Assembly: GCA_963842945.1 (NCBI GenBank)
Contig: CAWJIM010000019.1
Location: 384,001-448,000, forward strand
Direction of reading: 5' to 3'
DNA from: an uncultured Gemmatimonadales bacterium
GTDB lineage: Bacteria; Gemmatimonadota; Gemmatimonadetes; Gemmatimonadales; GWC2-71-9
Length of the DNA stretch: 64,000 nt
Shown here: one piece after another, positions 1 through 10,355 of the stretch
Numbering within the stretch: the first letter of the stretch is position 1
Layout: each line of letters starts with the position of its first letter
Position numbers and translations under genes: made by a program
The notes under the pieces: generated by a model
Database searches by the model: none
Told to the model about the DNA's origin: nothing
The model's input: only the letters and a program-made list of their open reading frames with translations

Positions 1-2
1 CA

Positions 3-476
3 TTGCTCCGGCTCTATGCCGGCGAAAGCGGCTTGGCCCGCACCGCGCCGGCCGAGGCCCGGATCGAGCTCGCAGCGGAGCTCAGCCGCCCCCATCCAGA
101 TCTGGCTATCCTCCAGCAATATGAGACGGCAACGATCCGGCTCGATCCCGCTGCCGTGGACAGGGTTTTGGATCCGGAACCTGAGCTGAGGTTTGCTCCC
201 AGCAATTCCGCGAGCTCTCCCGAGCCCAAGACCCCCCGGAAGCGCAGCCGCAGCAAGCCGGAGATTCGGCCGGCCGACCCTCCACAATCCTGCTGCATCC
301 GCTGTAGTGCCACCTTGCCCTCAGGTCGAGTCGTCAACTTCTGTCCCCAGTGTGGGCAAAATCTGGCGATCCGGTACTGCGCCGAGTGCGATACCGAGCT
401 CCAGGTCACCTGGAAGCACTGCGTTCACTGCGGAGTCTCGGCGGCGCCCAGACGACGTACCGGCTCCGATCGCTGA
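3..476 (+). CDS. double zinc-ribbon domain protein (5' partial)
   Basis: C-terminal CxxC pairs CIRC/CPQC/CAEC/CVHC; start probably lies outside the window. Confidence 0.75.
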   Translation: MLRLYAGESGLARTAPAEARIELAAELSRPHPDLAILQQYETATIRLDPAAVDRVLDPEPELRFAPSNSASSPEPKTPRKRSRSKPEIRPADPPQSCCIRCSATLPSGRVVNFCPQCGQNLAIRYCAECDTELQVTWKHCVHCGVSAAPRRRTGSDR

Positions 477-544
477 GCTTTGCGGCGACCGGCCAGCCGG
501 GCATATTTCAATCCTCCACACTTCACCCCCCGGGGTACCTCAAG

Positions 545-1747
545 GTGAGCGACAGCGCTGACATCGTCTTTCTATCCGGTGTCCGAACCGGCTTCGGCAG
601 CTTCGGCGGGTCTCTCAAGGATTTCTCAGCCACAGACCTGGGTACTCACGCCGCGCAGGTTGCCATCCAGCGGAGTGGTGTGGAACCTGGGACCTTCGAT
701 CACGTCGTCTTCGGCAACGTGCTCCAGACTTCAGCCGATGCGATCTATCTCGCCCGGCACGTAGGACTCCGGTCCGGCCTCCCGGTCGAAACTCCGGCGG
801 TAACAGTGAACCGGCTCTGCGGATCCGGCTTCGAAGCTGTCATCCAGGCTGCTCAGCAGATCCTCTTGGGAGAGTCGCGAGTGGTCTTGGCCGGCGGAAC
901 CGAGTCGATGAGCCAGGCTCCTCACGTGGTCCGTGGCGCCCGTTGGGGACTGCGGCTCGGGCCGGCAGCTCCGCTGGAGGATACGCTCTGGGAGGCACTG
1001 AGAGACCCCGCTTGCGGGTTATCGATGGCCGAAACGGCGGAGAATTTGGCCCAACGCTATCGAATCAGCCGGCAGGCGGTCGACTGCTACGCCGCGCGAA
1101 GCCAGGCCTGCGCCGCAGAGAGCTGGAAGGCCGGAGCCTTCGCCGACGAAGTCATTCCTGTCCCCATTCCTAATCGAAAGACAAAGCAGAGCGAGCCTTG
1201 GGCGGCCGACGAGCACATTCGCCCCGGCACGTCTCCTGAGGCGCTGGCCAAACTTCCGCCCTACTTCAAGAAGGATGGTGTGGTGACCGCCGGTAACGCC
1301 TCCGGCATCTGCGACGGTGCGGCAGCGCTGGTTGTCGCCAGCGGCCGTGTCGCGGCCGACCGGGGTCTCCGTCCGCTGGGACGGCTGGTGGCATGGGCCA
1401 CCGCCGGCGTCGAACCCAGCATCATGGGCATCGGGCCAGCTCCGGCCTCGCGCAAGGCTCTATCCCGCGCCGGCCTCAAGCTGGATGATATGGACTTAGT
1501 CGAGGTGAACGAGGCATTCTCGGCCCAGTATCTTGCGGTCGAGCAGGAGCTGGGGCTCGACCGGGAGCGCACCAACGTCGACGGCGGCGCTATTGCCCTG
1601 GGTCATCCGCTCGGAGCCAGCGGAGCCAGGATCACCCTGCATCTACTGCACGCCCTCCGGCGTCGCGGCGGCCGCTACGGTCTGGGCAGTGCCTGCATCG
1701 GCGGAGGTCAGGGCGCCGCAGTGGTCGTGGAGTCCTATTCAGCCTGA
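545..1747 (+). CDS. acetyl-CoA C-acyltransferase (thiolase)
   Basis: [19 protein letters not shown] and CIGGGQG thiolase motifs; GTG start at 545 inferred. Confidence 0.95.
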   Translation: MSDSADIVFLSGVRTGFGSFGGSLKDFSATDLGTHAAQVAIQRSGVEPGTFDHVVFGNVLQTSADAIYLARHVGLRSGLPVETPAVTVNRLCGSGFEAVIQAAQQILLGESRVVLAGGTESMSQAPHVVRGARWGLRLGPAAPLEDTLWEALRDPACGLSMAETAENLAQRYRISRQAVDCYAARSQACAAESWKAGAFADEVIPVPIPNRKTKQSEPWAADEHIRPGTSPEALAKLPPYFKKDGVVTAGNASGICDGAAALVVASGRVAADRGLRPLGRLVAWATAGVEPSIMGIGPAPASRKALSRAGLKLDDMDLVEVNEAFSAQYLAVEQELGLDRERTNVDGGAIALGHPLGASGARITLHLLHALRRRGGRYGLGSACIGGGQGAAVVVESYSA

Positions 1748-1757
1748 GAGCATAATC

Positions 1758-2621
1758 ATGGACGTTCTGCTTCCTGCGCTCGCCGTTGCGGTGATCTATT
1801 CCTTCCTGAGCCTCAGGGTTCTGCGCCAGTACGAGCGTGGAGTCACCTTCTTTCTGGGACGGTCATGGGGCACCAAGGGCCCCGGCCTCATCTTCCTGCC
1901 CGCCGGCTTCGCCACCCAGAAGCGGGTCTCGCTCAGGATCGTAGCCTTGGACATCCCGCCCCAGGACGTGATCACCCGGGATAACGTCAGCGTGAAGGTG
2001 AACGCGGTGTTGTACATGCGGGTTACCGATCCGGGCAAGGCCGTGATCGAGATCGAGGACTACCTCTACGCCACCAGCCAACTTGCCCAGACGACGCTCC
2101 GATCGGTGCTCGGCGAGGTCGAGTTGGATGAGCTTCTCTCGGATAGAGAAAAGATCAATGCGGTACTGAAGAAGATCATCGACGAGCGGACCGATGCCTG
2201 GGGCATCGAGGTCTCCGCCGTTGAAGTCAAGGACGTCGATCTGCCGGATCAGATGAAGCGGGCCATGGCCCGGCAGGCCGAGGCCGAGCGCGAGCGGCGC
2301 GCCAAGGTCATCGCGGCCCAGGGCGAGTTGCAGGCATCCGAGACCCTGGCGCAGGCAGCGCGAACGCTGGCCACGGAGCCCAGCGCCATACAGCTTCGGT
2401 ACCTCCAGACCGTCACTGAAATTGCCGCGGAGAACAACTCGACGACCATCTTCCCTATTCCTATCGAGTTGTTCAGACCCTTCCTCAACCCGGCCCGCTC
2501 CACCACGCCTCGCCCGGAGGACACCGCCGAGCCGGCCGGACCGGCCCTGCCGGCAGCGGACATCTCTTCCCTCATGTCCCAGCTCCGAATCCAGGCGGCA
2601 CGGACACCTCCGTCCGAGTAG
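1758..2621 (+). CDS. SPFH/band 7 stomatin-like (slipin) protein
   Basis: N-terminal TM segment; [21 protein letters not shown] and [15 protein letters not shown] motifs. Confidence 0.93.
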   Translation: MDVLLPALAVAVIYSFLSLRVLRQYERGVTFFLGRSWGTKGPGLIFLPAGFATQKRVSLRIVALDIPPQDVITRDNVSVKVNAVLYMRVTDPGKAVIEIEDYLYATSQLAQTTLRSVLGEVELDELLSDREKINAVLKKIIDERTDAWGIEVSAVEVKDVDLPDQMKRAMARQAEAERERRAKVIAAQGELQASETLAQAARTLATEPSAIQLRYLQTVTEIAAENNSTTIFPIPIELFRPFLNPARSTTPRPEDTAEPAGPALPAADISSLMSQLRIQAARTPPSE

Positions 2622-2623
2622 CG

Positions 2624-3466
2624 ATGAGTGAGGGTCCCCTGAGCCCTGCCCCCACCCGGATCGACCGAGCGGCACTCGAGCGGATCATCCGGCGCGCCGC
2701 CGAGCTCCAAACCGCAGAGCGCGAGGTTGGCGAGACGCTGACCTCGGACGAACTGATCTCGCTGGGACGCGAAGTCGGCATTCCGGTCCGCTACCTCCAG
2801 CAGGCTCTGCTCGAGGAGCGTTCCCCGCTGGGCACGCCGAGAGCTCCGGGATTGATGGACCGTATTGCCGGACCCAACCAGGCAATTGCCCACCGGGTCG
2901 TGCCGCTGGATGCGGATCAGGCCGAAGTGGCCCTGCTCCGCTGGATGGAGCGCAACGAGCTGCTCTGCGTGCAGCGGCAGCAGCGCGGGCGGATCAGCTG
3001 GGAGCCGCTCGGCGGATTTCAGGCGGCTGTCCGTCGTTCCGCCGCGGCACTCGGGGCCGGTAAGCAGCCGTTCATGCTTTCCCGAGCCGCCACCGTTTCG
3101 GCCACCATCCTAGCTTTGGAATCGGGCTACTCCCATGTCAGTCTGCTGGCCGATGGTCGTAAAGTGAGGAACGAGTACCTTGCCAGTGGGACCGCGCTGG
3201 CCGGCACGGGAGCGGCGGCAACGGGTGCGATGGTGGCACTCGGCGCCCTGCTTCCGGTGGCGATCTTGCCGCTGCCGATAGCCGCGGCCGTGGGCTACAC
3301 CGTTCTTCGGCGATACGGGCCGGCCCTTGCCCGCATGCAACTCGGGCTGGAGAGAGCGCTCGATTCGCTCGAGAGCAGCGGTGGTGCGCCACCCTCCAAA
3401 GGGAATGACCGTTCCGGGCTCATGGGTCTGCTAACCGACGAGCTGAGAAAAGCCCTCAAGTCGTAA
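2624..3466 (+). CDS. hypothetical membrane protein
   Basis: Long ORF 2 nt after the SPFH stop; two C-terminal hydrophobic segments. Confidence 0.7.
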   Translation: MSEGPLSPAPTRIDRAALERIIRRAAELQTAEREVGETLTSDELISLGREVGIPVRYLQQALLEERSPLGTPRAPGLMDRIAGPNQAIAHRVVPLDADQAEVALLRWMERNELLCVQRQQRGRISWEPLGGFQAAVRRSAAALGAGKQPFMLSRAATVSATILALESGYSHVSLLADGRKVRNEYLASGTALAGTGAAATGAMVALGALLPVAILPLPIAAAVGYTVLRRYGPALARMQLGLERALDSLESSGGAPPSKGNDRSGLMGLLTDELRKALKS

Positions 3467-3479
3467 TCAAGGACTCTGG

Positions 3480-4376
3480 ATGAACCAGATCAAAAGAGTG
3501 GGCGTGCTCGGCTGCGGACTCATGGGCAGCGGCATCGCCCAGGCGTCGGCGAGCGCCGGATTCACCACCGTGGCGCGCGATATCGCCGCTCCGTTCCTGG
3601 AGAAAGGTCGAGCCGGGATTCAGAAATCGATGAGCAAACTGGTCGAGAAAGGAAAGCTGTCTGCGGCTGACCGAGACGCCGCCTCGGGCCGACTCTCCTT
3701 CACTACCGACATGGCCGACCTGAAAGAGTGTGACATCGTTATCGAAGCGGTTACCGAGGACTTGGTCCTCAAGAACGAGCTCTGGCGCGAGCTCGACCGA
3801 CTCTGTCCGCCCACCACCATCTTTGCGTCGAACACGTCCAGTCTGACCATCGCGGCCATGGCGGCTGCCACGCAGAGGCCTGACCGTTTCGTCGGTCTCC
3901 ACTTCTTCAATCCGGTTCCTCTGATGCCGCTGGTCGAAGTGGTGAGGACGGTCACGACCAGCCCGGAGACCTTCGATCGGGCGTTCGCCTTTGCCCGGGC
4001 TCTGGGTAAGGAGCCGGTTGCCGCCACCGACAATCCCGGCTTCATCGTCAATCTGCTGCTGGTTCCCTTTCTCCTGGATGCCGCTCGCGCCCTGGAGCGC
4101 GGGATTGCCTCCACGGCTGATCTGGACCGGGGAATGCAGCTTGGCTGTGGGCACCCCATGGGTCCACTGGCCCTCATGGACTACATTGGCCTCGACACGG
4201 TCGTCCGGATCGCCGAGATCATGTTCGACGCCTACCGGGAGCCGCGCTACGCCGCGCCACCCCTGCTACAGCGAATGGTTGTCGCCGGGTTTCAAGGCCG
4301 CAAAAACGGCCGGGGGTTTTATGATTATTCGGTCGATCCCCCGGTGCCGGTTGACCTTGGATTGGGGAAAGCGTGA
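3480..4376 (+). CDS. 3-hydroxybutyryl-CoA / 3-hydroxyacyl-CoA dehydrogenase
   Basis: GCGLMGSGIA Rossmann motif, SNTSSL, GLHFFNP, PMGP. Confidence 0.95.
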   Translation: MNQIKRVGVLGCGLMGSGIAQASASAGFTTVARDIAAPFLEKGRAGIQKSMSKLVEKGKLSAADRDAASGRLSFTTDMADLKECDIVIEAVTEDLVLKNELWRELDRLCPPTTIFASNTSSLTIAAMAAATQRPDRFVGLHFFNPVPLMPLVEVVRTVTTSPETFDRAFAFARALGKEPVAATDNPGFIVNLLLVPFLLDAARALERGIASTADLDRGMQLGCGHPMGPLALMDYIGLDTVVRIAEIMFDAYREPRYAAPPLLQRMVVAGFQGRKNGRGFYDYSVDPPVPVDLGLGKA

Positions 4377-4448
4377 ACAGTCAACGGTGAATAGTGAACG
4401 GGGCCCCACCCGTCACCTCCTGTTTACTGTTCACCCTTTACCGTTCAC
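4373..4448. repeat. inverted heptamer array (GTGAACR-like x4 ... YGTTCAC-like x4)
   Basis: GTGAACA GTCAACG GTGAATA GTGAACG ... TGTTTAC TGTTCAC CCTTTAC CGTTCAC; first unit contains the upstream TGA stop. Confidence 0.85.
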
Positions 4449-4462
4449 GCTTCGGAGAAAAC

Positions 4463-5080
4463 ATGCTCGGCTACGACTGGCCCCGCCTCCATGCCGCCCT
4501 GAACGACCTTCCCACCGCCCTGTTGCTCACTGCCCTCCTGTTCGACCTGGCGGCACTAGCCACCAAGCGTGAAGGATTCCGCCTGGTCAGCTTCTGGACG
4601 CTGATGGTTGGGGCTATCGGCGGAGCGGCGGCAGTAATCTCCGGCCTGCAGGCAGAGGAGCACATCGCCCACGGCGAGGCCGTGCATGAGGTCATGGAGA
4701 CGCACGAGAAGTTTGCCCTGATCACCCTGGGAATCTTTGCCGTGCTGGCGCTCTGGCGCATCGTCCGCGAGCGCAAGATGCGCTCGGGCGAGCGCTCCAT
4801 CGTTTTGGCCCTTACCCTGATCGGCGTAGGCATCCTGTTCGTAACAGCAAACTACGGCGGCAGGCTGGTCTTCGAGCATGCGGCAGCCATTCCCACGCCG
4901 GTGCTGCAGGAGGAGCTGCACGAGCGGAGTGAAGGGCACCACCACCACGATGGGGAGGAGGAGTCGCCCGCTACATCCGCCGACTCCGTCAGCTTCCAGG
5001 CTCCGGCGCACGTGGATTCGCCGGGCACCCCACCACACACACACTCGCATCCTCCCGGCACTCCGCCGCACCAGGATTAG
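4463..5080 (+). CDS. DUF2231-like membrane protein with His-rich tail
   Basis: LHAALNDLP start, 4 TM segments, GGRLVFEH, C-terminal HHHH and HTHSH. Confidence 0.75.
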   Translation: MLGYDWPRLHAALNDLPTALLLTALLFDLAALATKREGFRLVSFWTLMVGAIGGAAAVISGLQAEEHIAHGEAVHEVMETHEKFALITLGIFAVLALWRIVRERKMRSGERSIVLALTLIGVGILFVTANYGGRLVFEHAAAIPTPVLQEELHERSEGHHHHDGEEESPATSADSVSFQAPAHVDSPGTPPHTHSHPPGTPPHQD

Positions 5081-5081
5081 G

Positions 5082-5606
5082 GTGCGCGGTCACATCTTGT
5101 GGCTGACTCTGATCCTCGGCGTGGCGTGCCAGCCCAACACCGGCCGACCGGTCTTCAGCCCGCTCCCGGAAGCTGCCGGCACCGAGGTTCGTCTCACCCC
5201 GGCGGAGGCCACCCGGCAGCTGGCTGCCGCGCTGCGCGCGGACTCGGTACCGGTGAGCAAGGTCCTGGTTCGGGATGCTTATCTGGAAACCGGCTGGTTC
5301 GACGCGAAGACAGGGCGGACCCGGGGCAGTTCTCTGGGCACAGGAGTGGTACGGGTGCGCGCGTGGGCCGATCCCGCCCGGCCGGGTAGCTCTCAATTAG
5401 CAGTGGAGACCGCGTACCGGCCCCTGGCCGACCCGTCACTACCTCCGCGGGAGCTCGATCGGCAAGTCCCCGCGAAGCATCCCGTGGCAGTCAAAGTGGA
5501 TTCGGTACTGCAGCAACTGGTTAAGCGATTCGGGGGACCGCCGCCACCTCAGGCGGAAACGCCAGCACCCGCCGCGGCCCGCCAGGCGCCGCCTGACGTT
5601 CAGTAG
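5082..5606 (+). CDS. hypothetical lipoprotein
   Basis: GTG start; lipobox-like LGVAC after a hydrophobic stretch. Confidence 0.65.
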   Translation: MRGHILWLTLILGVACQPNTGRPVFSPLPEAAGTEVRLTPAEATRQLAAALRADSVPVSKVLVRDAYLETGWFDAKTGRTRGSSLGTGVVRVRAWADPARPGSSQLAVETAYRPLADPSLPPRELDRQVPAKHPVAVKVDSVLQQLVKRFGGPPPPQAETPAPAAARQAPPDVQ

Positions 5607-5612
5607 ATCGGA

Positions 5613-6407
5613 TCAGACCACGTAGGAGCGAACCCACTGCTCCAGCTGGACGAGGTCGAGCGCCGCGTCCTTGCAGGGACCGGATGGCAGCGTCATCGTC
5701 AGTCCCAGAACCGGGATCTTCCCCGCTACATCGTGCAGGCCGCTGACCATGTCGCGCTCGCACGCCACCGCTACAACAGCTCGCGGCCGCCGCTCGCGAA
5801 TGACCCGCCGGGCCAGTTGACCCCTCGTTGCCACGAAGACGGGCACCCCGTACTTCCCAGCGATACCGAGCACCCCATCCAGCGTCACCTTGGACAGGCA
5901 GCGGGGGATCAGTAGCAGCAGCTCGCCCTGCCCAACCTTCCGGCCGCGAGCCGCGGCCAGCGCGTTGTACACCTTCACCGCTGCATTCTCCACCCAATCT
6001 CTTCGGCCAAATCGATCCGCCAGCCGGGAGGTCAGACGCATCAGCCTCAGAAACGGTCCCCGCTCGGCCAGGCGTTCGGGCAAGAGCGACCGGCCGGCAA
6101 TGAACGAAACGAGGAGGAGCCCCCACCACACCCACAACACTGCAGCAGCTACGAGTAGCGCACTCCAGAGAACGGCCGGAGCTCGGGAGTGAACCGCGCC
6201 CAGTCTGGGCCCCAGAAGGAACAGGGCGAGGGCGACGACTCCTGGAAGCAAGACCAGGGTCAAGGCTGACCACGCGAAGTACAAGGCAGGCGGGGAGTCG
6301 TAGTTGCCCTGATTGGGCAAAGGCCGGCCGTCCCACTCGTCCCACTCGTGGCCCAGCCGTCGATCCACATCGATATGGATGAGTTGAGCGCGAGGAAGCT
6401 CGGCCAT
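5613..6407 (-). CDS. DUF116 domain protein
   Basis: LLIPRCL, TRGQLAR, AVACERDM and GPCKD motifs after two TM helices. Confidence 0.8.
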   Translation of the reverse strand: MAELPRAQLIHIDVDRRLGHEWDEWDGRPLPNQGNYDSPPALYFAWSALTLVLLPGVVALALFLLGPRLGAVHSRAPAVLWSALLVAAAVLWVWWGLLLVSFIAGRSLLPERLAERGPFLRLMRLTSRLADRFGRRDWVENAAVKVYNALAAARGRKVGQGELLLLIPRCLSKVTLDGVLGIAGKYGVPVFVATRGQLARRVIRERRPRAVVAVACERDMVSGLHDVAGKIPVLGLTMTLPSGPCKDAALDLVQLEQWVRSYVV

Positions 6408-6433
6408 GGTGACAAGATAGTTAGCTTAGGGCC

Positions 6434-8074
6434 ATGCTGCCGCCGCCCGACATCAAGGGTCAATACCGGGACGACTCCCGCGCTCGAGCCGCCTACGCCG
6501 AGGGAGCCGGGATCTACCGAATTCTTCCCCGAGCGGTCTGCCTGCCCAGGGATGAGGCCGATCTCGTCCGCCTGGTCGGCTGGGCAACCGACCTGGGCAT
6601 CGGGCTGATCCCGCGGGGTGCGGGTAGTGCCATGGGCGGCGGGAATGTCGGCGAAGGCGTGATCGTCGATCTGACTCAGCTCAGCGGCATGCGCCTGCAG
6701 GTCGAAGCCGGCGCGCGCCAGGCCGTCGCCAGCGCCGGAGTGACCCTGGGCCAACTCAATGAGGCCGCGGCCGCCCATGGTCTTCGGCTTCCTCCCGATC
6801 CCAGCAGCGGAGCATGGGCGACGTTGGGCGGGATGGTGTCCACCAACGCGGCGGGCCCGAGATCCGTTCGGTACGGCAGTGTGCGCCAGTGGATCGAATC
6901 GGTGGTCCTGGTAACGGCGGATGGAGAATCGGTGACGCTTCGGCGCGGAACTCCTCGGCCCGGCTCGAGCGCAATCCATCGCTTCAACCAGGACGCAGCT
7001 CCGGCGATCCTCCAAGCATCGGCCCAGATCGAGAGTCGGTTTCCTCACACTCGCAAGAATTCCTCCGGGTACGCCCTGGACGCGTTCGTGAGATCCGGAG
7101 ATGTGCTGGATCTGGTCATCGGCTCGGAAGGCACTCTGGGCATCATTACCCAGATGGAATGGCGGTTGGACCATATGCCGGCGCATCGTGCCGGGCTCCG
7201 CGCCTCCGTGCGGTCGATCGATTCTCTCAGCGAGGCCGTGCGCGCCGTCCTCCCCTGCCAGCCCTCCGCGGTTGAACTGCTGGATCGCACCTTCCTCGAC
7301 CTGCTCGCCGGAAATCCGCTCGGGGGAGCTGCCTTTCGCTTCAGCGAAGCCGAGGCGGTGCTCCTGATCGAGCTGGAGCGAGACGATCCCGGTTCCCTGA
7401 GGGAGGCGCTCCAGCTGGCTACCGCACGCCTCCGGCCCATCGCTCATGCGGTGGATACCGCATTCACCGCGGAGGCGGCGGAACGGCTCTGGAGCATCCG
7501 TCGCGCCGCCAGCCCGATCCTGGCTGCTCTGCCCGAGCAGCGCCGATCGCTTCAGGTGATTGAGGACGCCTGCGTGCCCATCGAGCAGATGGGGCGCTAC
7601 CTCCGCTTTGTCCGGCAGGCGTCCGCCGCACGGGGCCTCCCCGTCGTCATGTTCGGTCACGCCGGCGACGGCCATGTCCATGTGAATCTCTTGCCCGACA
7701 CTCGCCGAGCCGGTTGGGAGCGTGCCGTCGCCGAGCTGCTGGAGGAGGTGACCGAATGCGTGGTTGAGCTGGGCGGCACGCCATCCGGTGAGCACGGCGA
7801 TGGCCGGCTTCGGGCCCACTTGCTCGATCGGGTCTATGGGCCGGACATCGTCTCCCTCTTCCGGCTGGTGAAGAACAGTTTCGACCCGGGCGGCATTCTG
7901 AATCCTGGTGTCATCCTGCCGTCGGACCGGCCCGCCATCAGCCGGCTGAAGGTGGGTGAAGGCGCCCTCCCCATCCCTCCGGACGTGGAGCTCGCGCTTC
8001 GCGAGATCGAACGGACGGGTGGATATGGGAGGTCGAGATTGGAATTGGCCGATGAGCTAGGAGCTAGGAGCTAG
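6434..8074 (+). CDS. FAD-binding oxidoreductase (GlcD/D-lactate dehydrogenase-like, FAD-linked oxidase C-terminal)
   Basis: PRGAGS, GSEGTLGII, GHAGDGHVH, GEHGDG, DPGGILNPG. Confidence 0.9.
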   Translation: MLPPPDIKGQYRDDSRARAAYAEGAGIYRILPRAVCLPRDEADLVRLVGWATDLGIGLIPRGAGSAMGGGNVGEGVIVDLTQLSGMRLQVEAGARQAVASAGVTLGQLNEAAAAHGLRLPPDPSSGAWATLGGMVSTNAAGPRSVRYGSVRQWIESVVLVTADGESVTLRRGTPRPGSSAIHRFNQDAAPAILQASAQIESRFPHTRKNSSGYALDAFVRSGDVLDLVIGSEGTLGIITQMEWRLDHMPAHRAGLRASVRSIDSLSEAVRAVLPCQPSAVELLDRTFLDLLAGNPLGGAAFRFSEAEAVLLIELERDDPGSLREALQLATARLRPIAHAVDTAFTAEAAERLWSIRRAASPILAALPEQRRSLQVIEDACVPIEQMGRYLRFVRQASAARGLPVVMFGHAGDGHVHVNLLPDTRRAGWERAVAELLEEVTECVVELGGTPSGEHGDGRLRAHLLDRVYGPDIVSLFRLVKNSFDPGGILNPGVILPSDRPAISRLKVGEGALPIPPDVELALREIERTGGYGRSRLELADELGARS

Positions 8075-8116
8075 GAGCTAGGAGCTAGGAGCTAGGAGCT
8101 AGGAGCTAGGAGCTGG
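8054..8116 (+). repeat. tandem heptamer (GAGCTAG)x8 plus one imperfect unit
   Basis: Directly visible; supplies the TAG stop of the FAD oxidase; complementary arm (YAGCTCC-like x4) at about 8239-8266. Confidence 0.95.
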
Positions 8117-8267
8117 CGCTGCCGCGGATGATATTGTACGGAACCAGACCGAGTGACGTCGCACCCTGCGAATCTACTTCGACTAAGACTACGAGGACTC
8201 GATCGTGGCCCCCGCTGAATCAAGTACCTTCGGGTCCATAGCTCCCAGCTCCCAGCTTCCAGCTCCC

Positions 8268-9020
8268 ATGGAAATCATCCGCGGTCCCCGCGTCACGCTC
8301 ATCGCCCGTCCCCAGTTCCTGGAGCCGGCCCATCTACCGGTCCAGTGGAAGGGTGAATCCAGCGACGGCGAAAGGATCGCGGAGTTTGCCGGTCGCCTCT
8401 GCTACATGAGCCAGCACAATCCGGCGGGCCGGAGCACCGCCGAATATCTCCAGAACATCCTCAAGCAGGGTCACGGGTCGGTCTTCGAGCACTCGACCTA
8501 CGTGATGCTGATCGAGGGGATCTCCCGCTCCTGCAGCCACGAGCTGGTTCGCCATCGCGCCGGCTGGGGCTACTCCCAGCTGTCGCAGCGGTATGTCGAT
8601 GAGTCACACGCCGCGTTTGTCATGCCCCCGGCCATCATGGGCGATGCGGCACTGGAAGAGGCCTGGACCAGGCAGGTGGAGCAGGCCCAGGCAGCCTACG
8701 TGGAGGCGGTGGAGCGGCTGATGGACCGCTACGCCTGGGTCGAGAACAAGGTTCACCGGAGGAAACTGGCGCGGGAGGCGGCGCGAAGCGTTCTGCCCAA
8801 CGCCACCGAGGTGAAGATCGTGGTCAGCGCCAACGTCCGGGCTTGGCGCACCATGCTGGAGCTCCGTCTGGGAGAGGGGGCCGAGCTGGAGATTCGCCGG
8901 ATGGCTGCGGCCTGTCTCCGGGTCCTCCAGCAGGAAGCGCCCGCGCTCTTCGCCGACTTCGAGCTCTATGAGTCGGGTGAGGGTGGAGAGGCCGGCCGGG
9001 TCGGGTTCCACAAGGTGTAG
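8268..9020 (+). CDS. thyX: FAD-dependent thymidylate synthase
   Basis: GHGSVFEH, HELVRHR..YSQLSQRY, REAARSVLPNAT, EIR motifs. Confidence 0.95.
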   Translation: MEIIRGPRVTLIARPQFLEPAHLPVQWKGESSDGERIAEFAGRLCYMSQHNPAGRSTAEYLQNILKQGHGSVFEHSTYVMLIEGISRSCSHELVRHRAGWGYSQLSQRYVDESHAAFVMPPAIMGDAALEEAWTRQVEQAQAAYVEAVERLMDRYAWVENKVHRRKLAREAARSVLPNATEVKIVVSANVRAWRTMLELRLGEGAELEIRRMAAACLRVLQQEAPALFADFELYESGEGGEAGRVGFHKV

Positions 9021-9115
9021 TCGCGAGTCACGAGACTAGAGTCCCACCAGGATGGACACCATCCTCATGCCGAAACCGCTCAAGGCTCGTGACTCGCGAC
9101 TCGGGACTCGCGACT
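9020..9115. repeat. inverted heptamer array (GTCGCGA-type ... CTCGCGA-type)
   Basis: GTCGCGA GTCACGA GACTAGA ... CTCGTGA CTCGCGA CTCGGGA CTCGCGA right after the thyX stop. Confidence 0.8.
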
Positions 9116-9251
9116 GTCTAAAAACTCACTGCCACTTTTTCCCCAAAAAGTATTGTGCCGCAAAAACGTTTTTCTTACTTTAGTTGCGTCGATCGTTCGA
9201 CCCGTCCTGGCTCGTCTCTCTCGGACGGCCTTTTTTGTAGAAGGGGATCAT

Positions 9252-10355
9252 TTGGCAGTTCGGATCGGACTCGCCTTTAATCTCAAACCCGAGGCGCCGG
9301 CTAACCCAGCCGGGGCGAACTCCGAATCCCCTTCGTCTGACGAGCCTCCCAGTCGGGCCCTCCGCCCAGACCTCTCTCAACCAGATCTCTACGCCGAGTG
9401 GGACGAGCCCGCCACCATCAACGCGGTGGAGCGGGCGCTCAGCACTGTGGGCCAGGTCTACCGCCTCGAGGCCAACAGCAGCTTCCCCGCTCGGCTCGCG
9501 CTGCTCCGTCCCGATTTCGTCTTCAACATCGCCGAAGGCCTCTACGGACCGAGCCGCGAGGCGCACGTGCCTGCAATCTGCGAGTTTCTCGGGATCCCGT
9601 ATCACGCCTCTGATCCGCTCACCTGCGGTCTCGCGCTTCACAAGGGTCGAGCCAAGGAGATCCTCTCCTATCACGGCGTCCCCACCGCGCCTTTCATGGT
9701 GGCCCGATCGCCGGCCGATGCCCGGCGAGTGACTCTCCCCTTTCCGCTCTTCGTCAAGCCGGCCTTCGAGGGGTCCGGCAAGGGTGTCACGACTCGGAGT
9801 CTCTGTAAGAACCGCTCGCAGCTGGTGCGGCAGGTCTCTCATCTGCTGGCTACCTACGCCGAGCCGGTGATCATCGAGACCTATCTGCCGGGCCAGGAGT
9901 TCACCGTCGCCATCCTCGGCAACGGCGAGGAAGCGCGCTGTATGCCGATCATCGGCATGCGTTTTGATATGCTGCCCAAGGGAGCGCCACCGATTTACGG
10001 CTATGAGGCAAAGTGGATCTGGGATACTCCGAGCAATCCCCTGGAGATCTACGAGTGCCCGGCCCGCATCTCCGAGAGTCTCGCCCAAGAAATTCGGGCG
10101 GCCGCGCTCGGAGCGTACCACGCCCTGGAATGCCGCGACTGGTGCCGCGTCGATATACGCTGCGACGCGGATGGTCGCCCGATGGTCGTCGAGCTCAACC
10201 CGTTGCCGGGCGTTTTGCCCGACCCGCGGGACCATTCCTGCTTCCCCAAGGCCGCTGCTGCGGCCGGAATGGGCTACGACGATCTGATCCGCGCTGTCGC
10301 CGACGTTGCCTGGCGGCGGATCAGCGGTCGTTCACTCCTGGCGGAGGTGGCCTGA
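9252..10355 (+). CDS. D-Ala-D-Ala ligase-like ATP-grasp ligase 1
   Basis: VFNIAEG, FVKPAFEGSGKG, YLPGQEFTV, RVDIR, ELNPLPG; TTG start after AAGGGGA. Confidence 0.88.
   Translation: MAVRIGLAFNLKPEAPANPAGANSESPSSDEPPSRALRPDLSQPDLYAEWDEPATINAVERALSTVGQVYRLEANSSFPARLALLRPDFVFNIAEGLYGPSREAHVPAICEFLGIPYHASDPLTCGLALHKGRAKEILSYHGVPTAPFMVARSPADARRVTLPFPLFVKPAFEGSGKGVTTRSLCKNRSQLVRQVSHLLATYAEPVIIETYLPGQEFTVAILGNGEEARCMPIIGMRFDMLPKGAPPIYGYEAKWIWDTPSNPLEIYECPARISESLAQEIRAAALGAYHALECRDWCRVDIRCDADGRPMVVELNPLPGVLPDPRDHSCFPKAAAAAGMGYDDLIRAVADVAWRRISGRSLLAEVA

Noticed and set aside
6260..7819. Long antisense ORFs (also 9180..10235, 20260..21810, 25283..26524, 39093..40682, 62204..63541)
   Set aside because: Typical high-GC shadow ORFs opposite well-supported genes, with no recognisable motifs.
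8054..8116. Possible CRISPR array
   Set aside because: 7-nt tandem units with no spacers and no cas genes; no repeat-spacer array was seen anywhere in the window.
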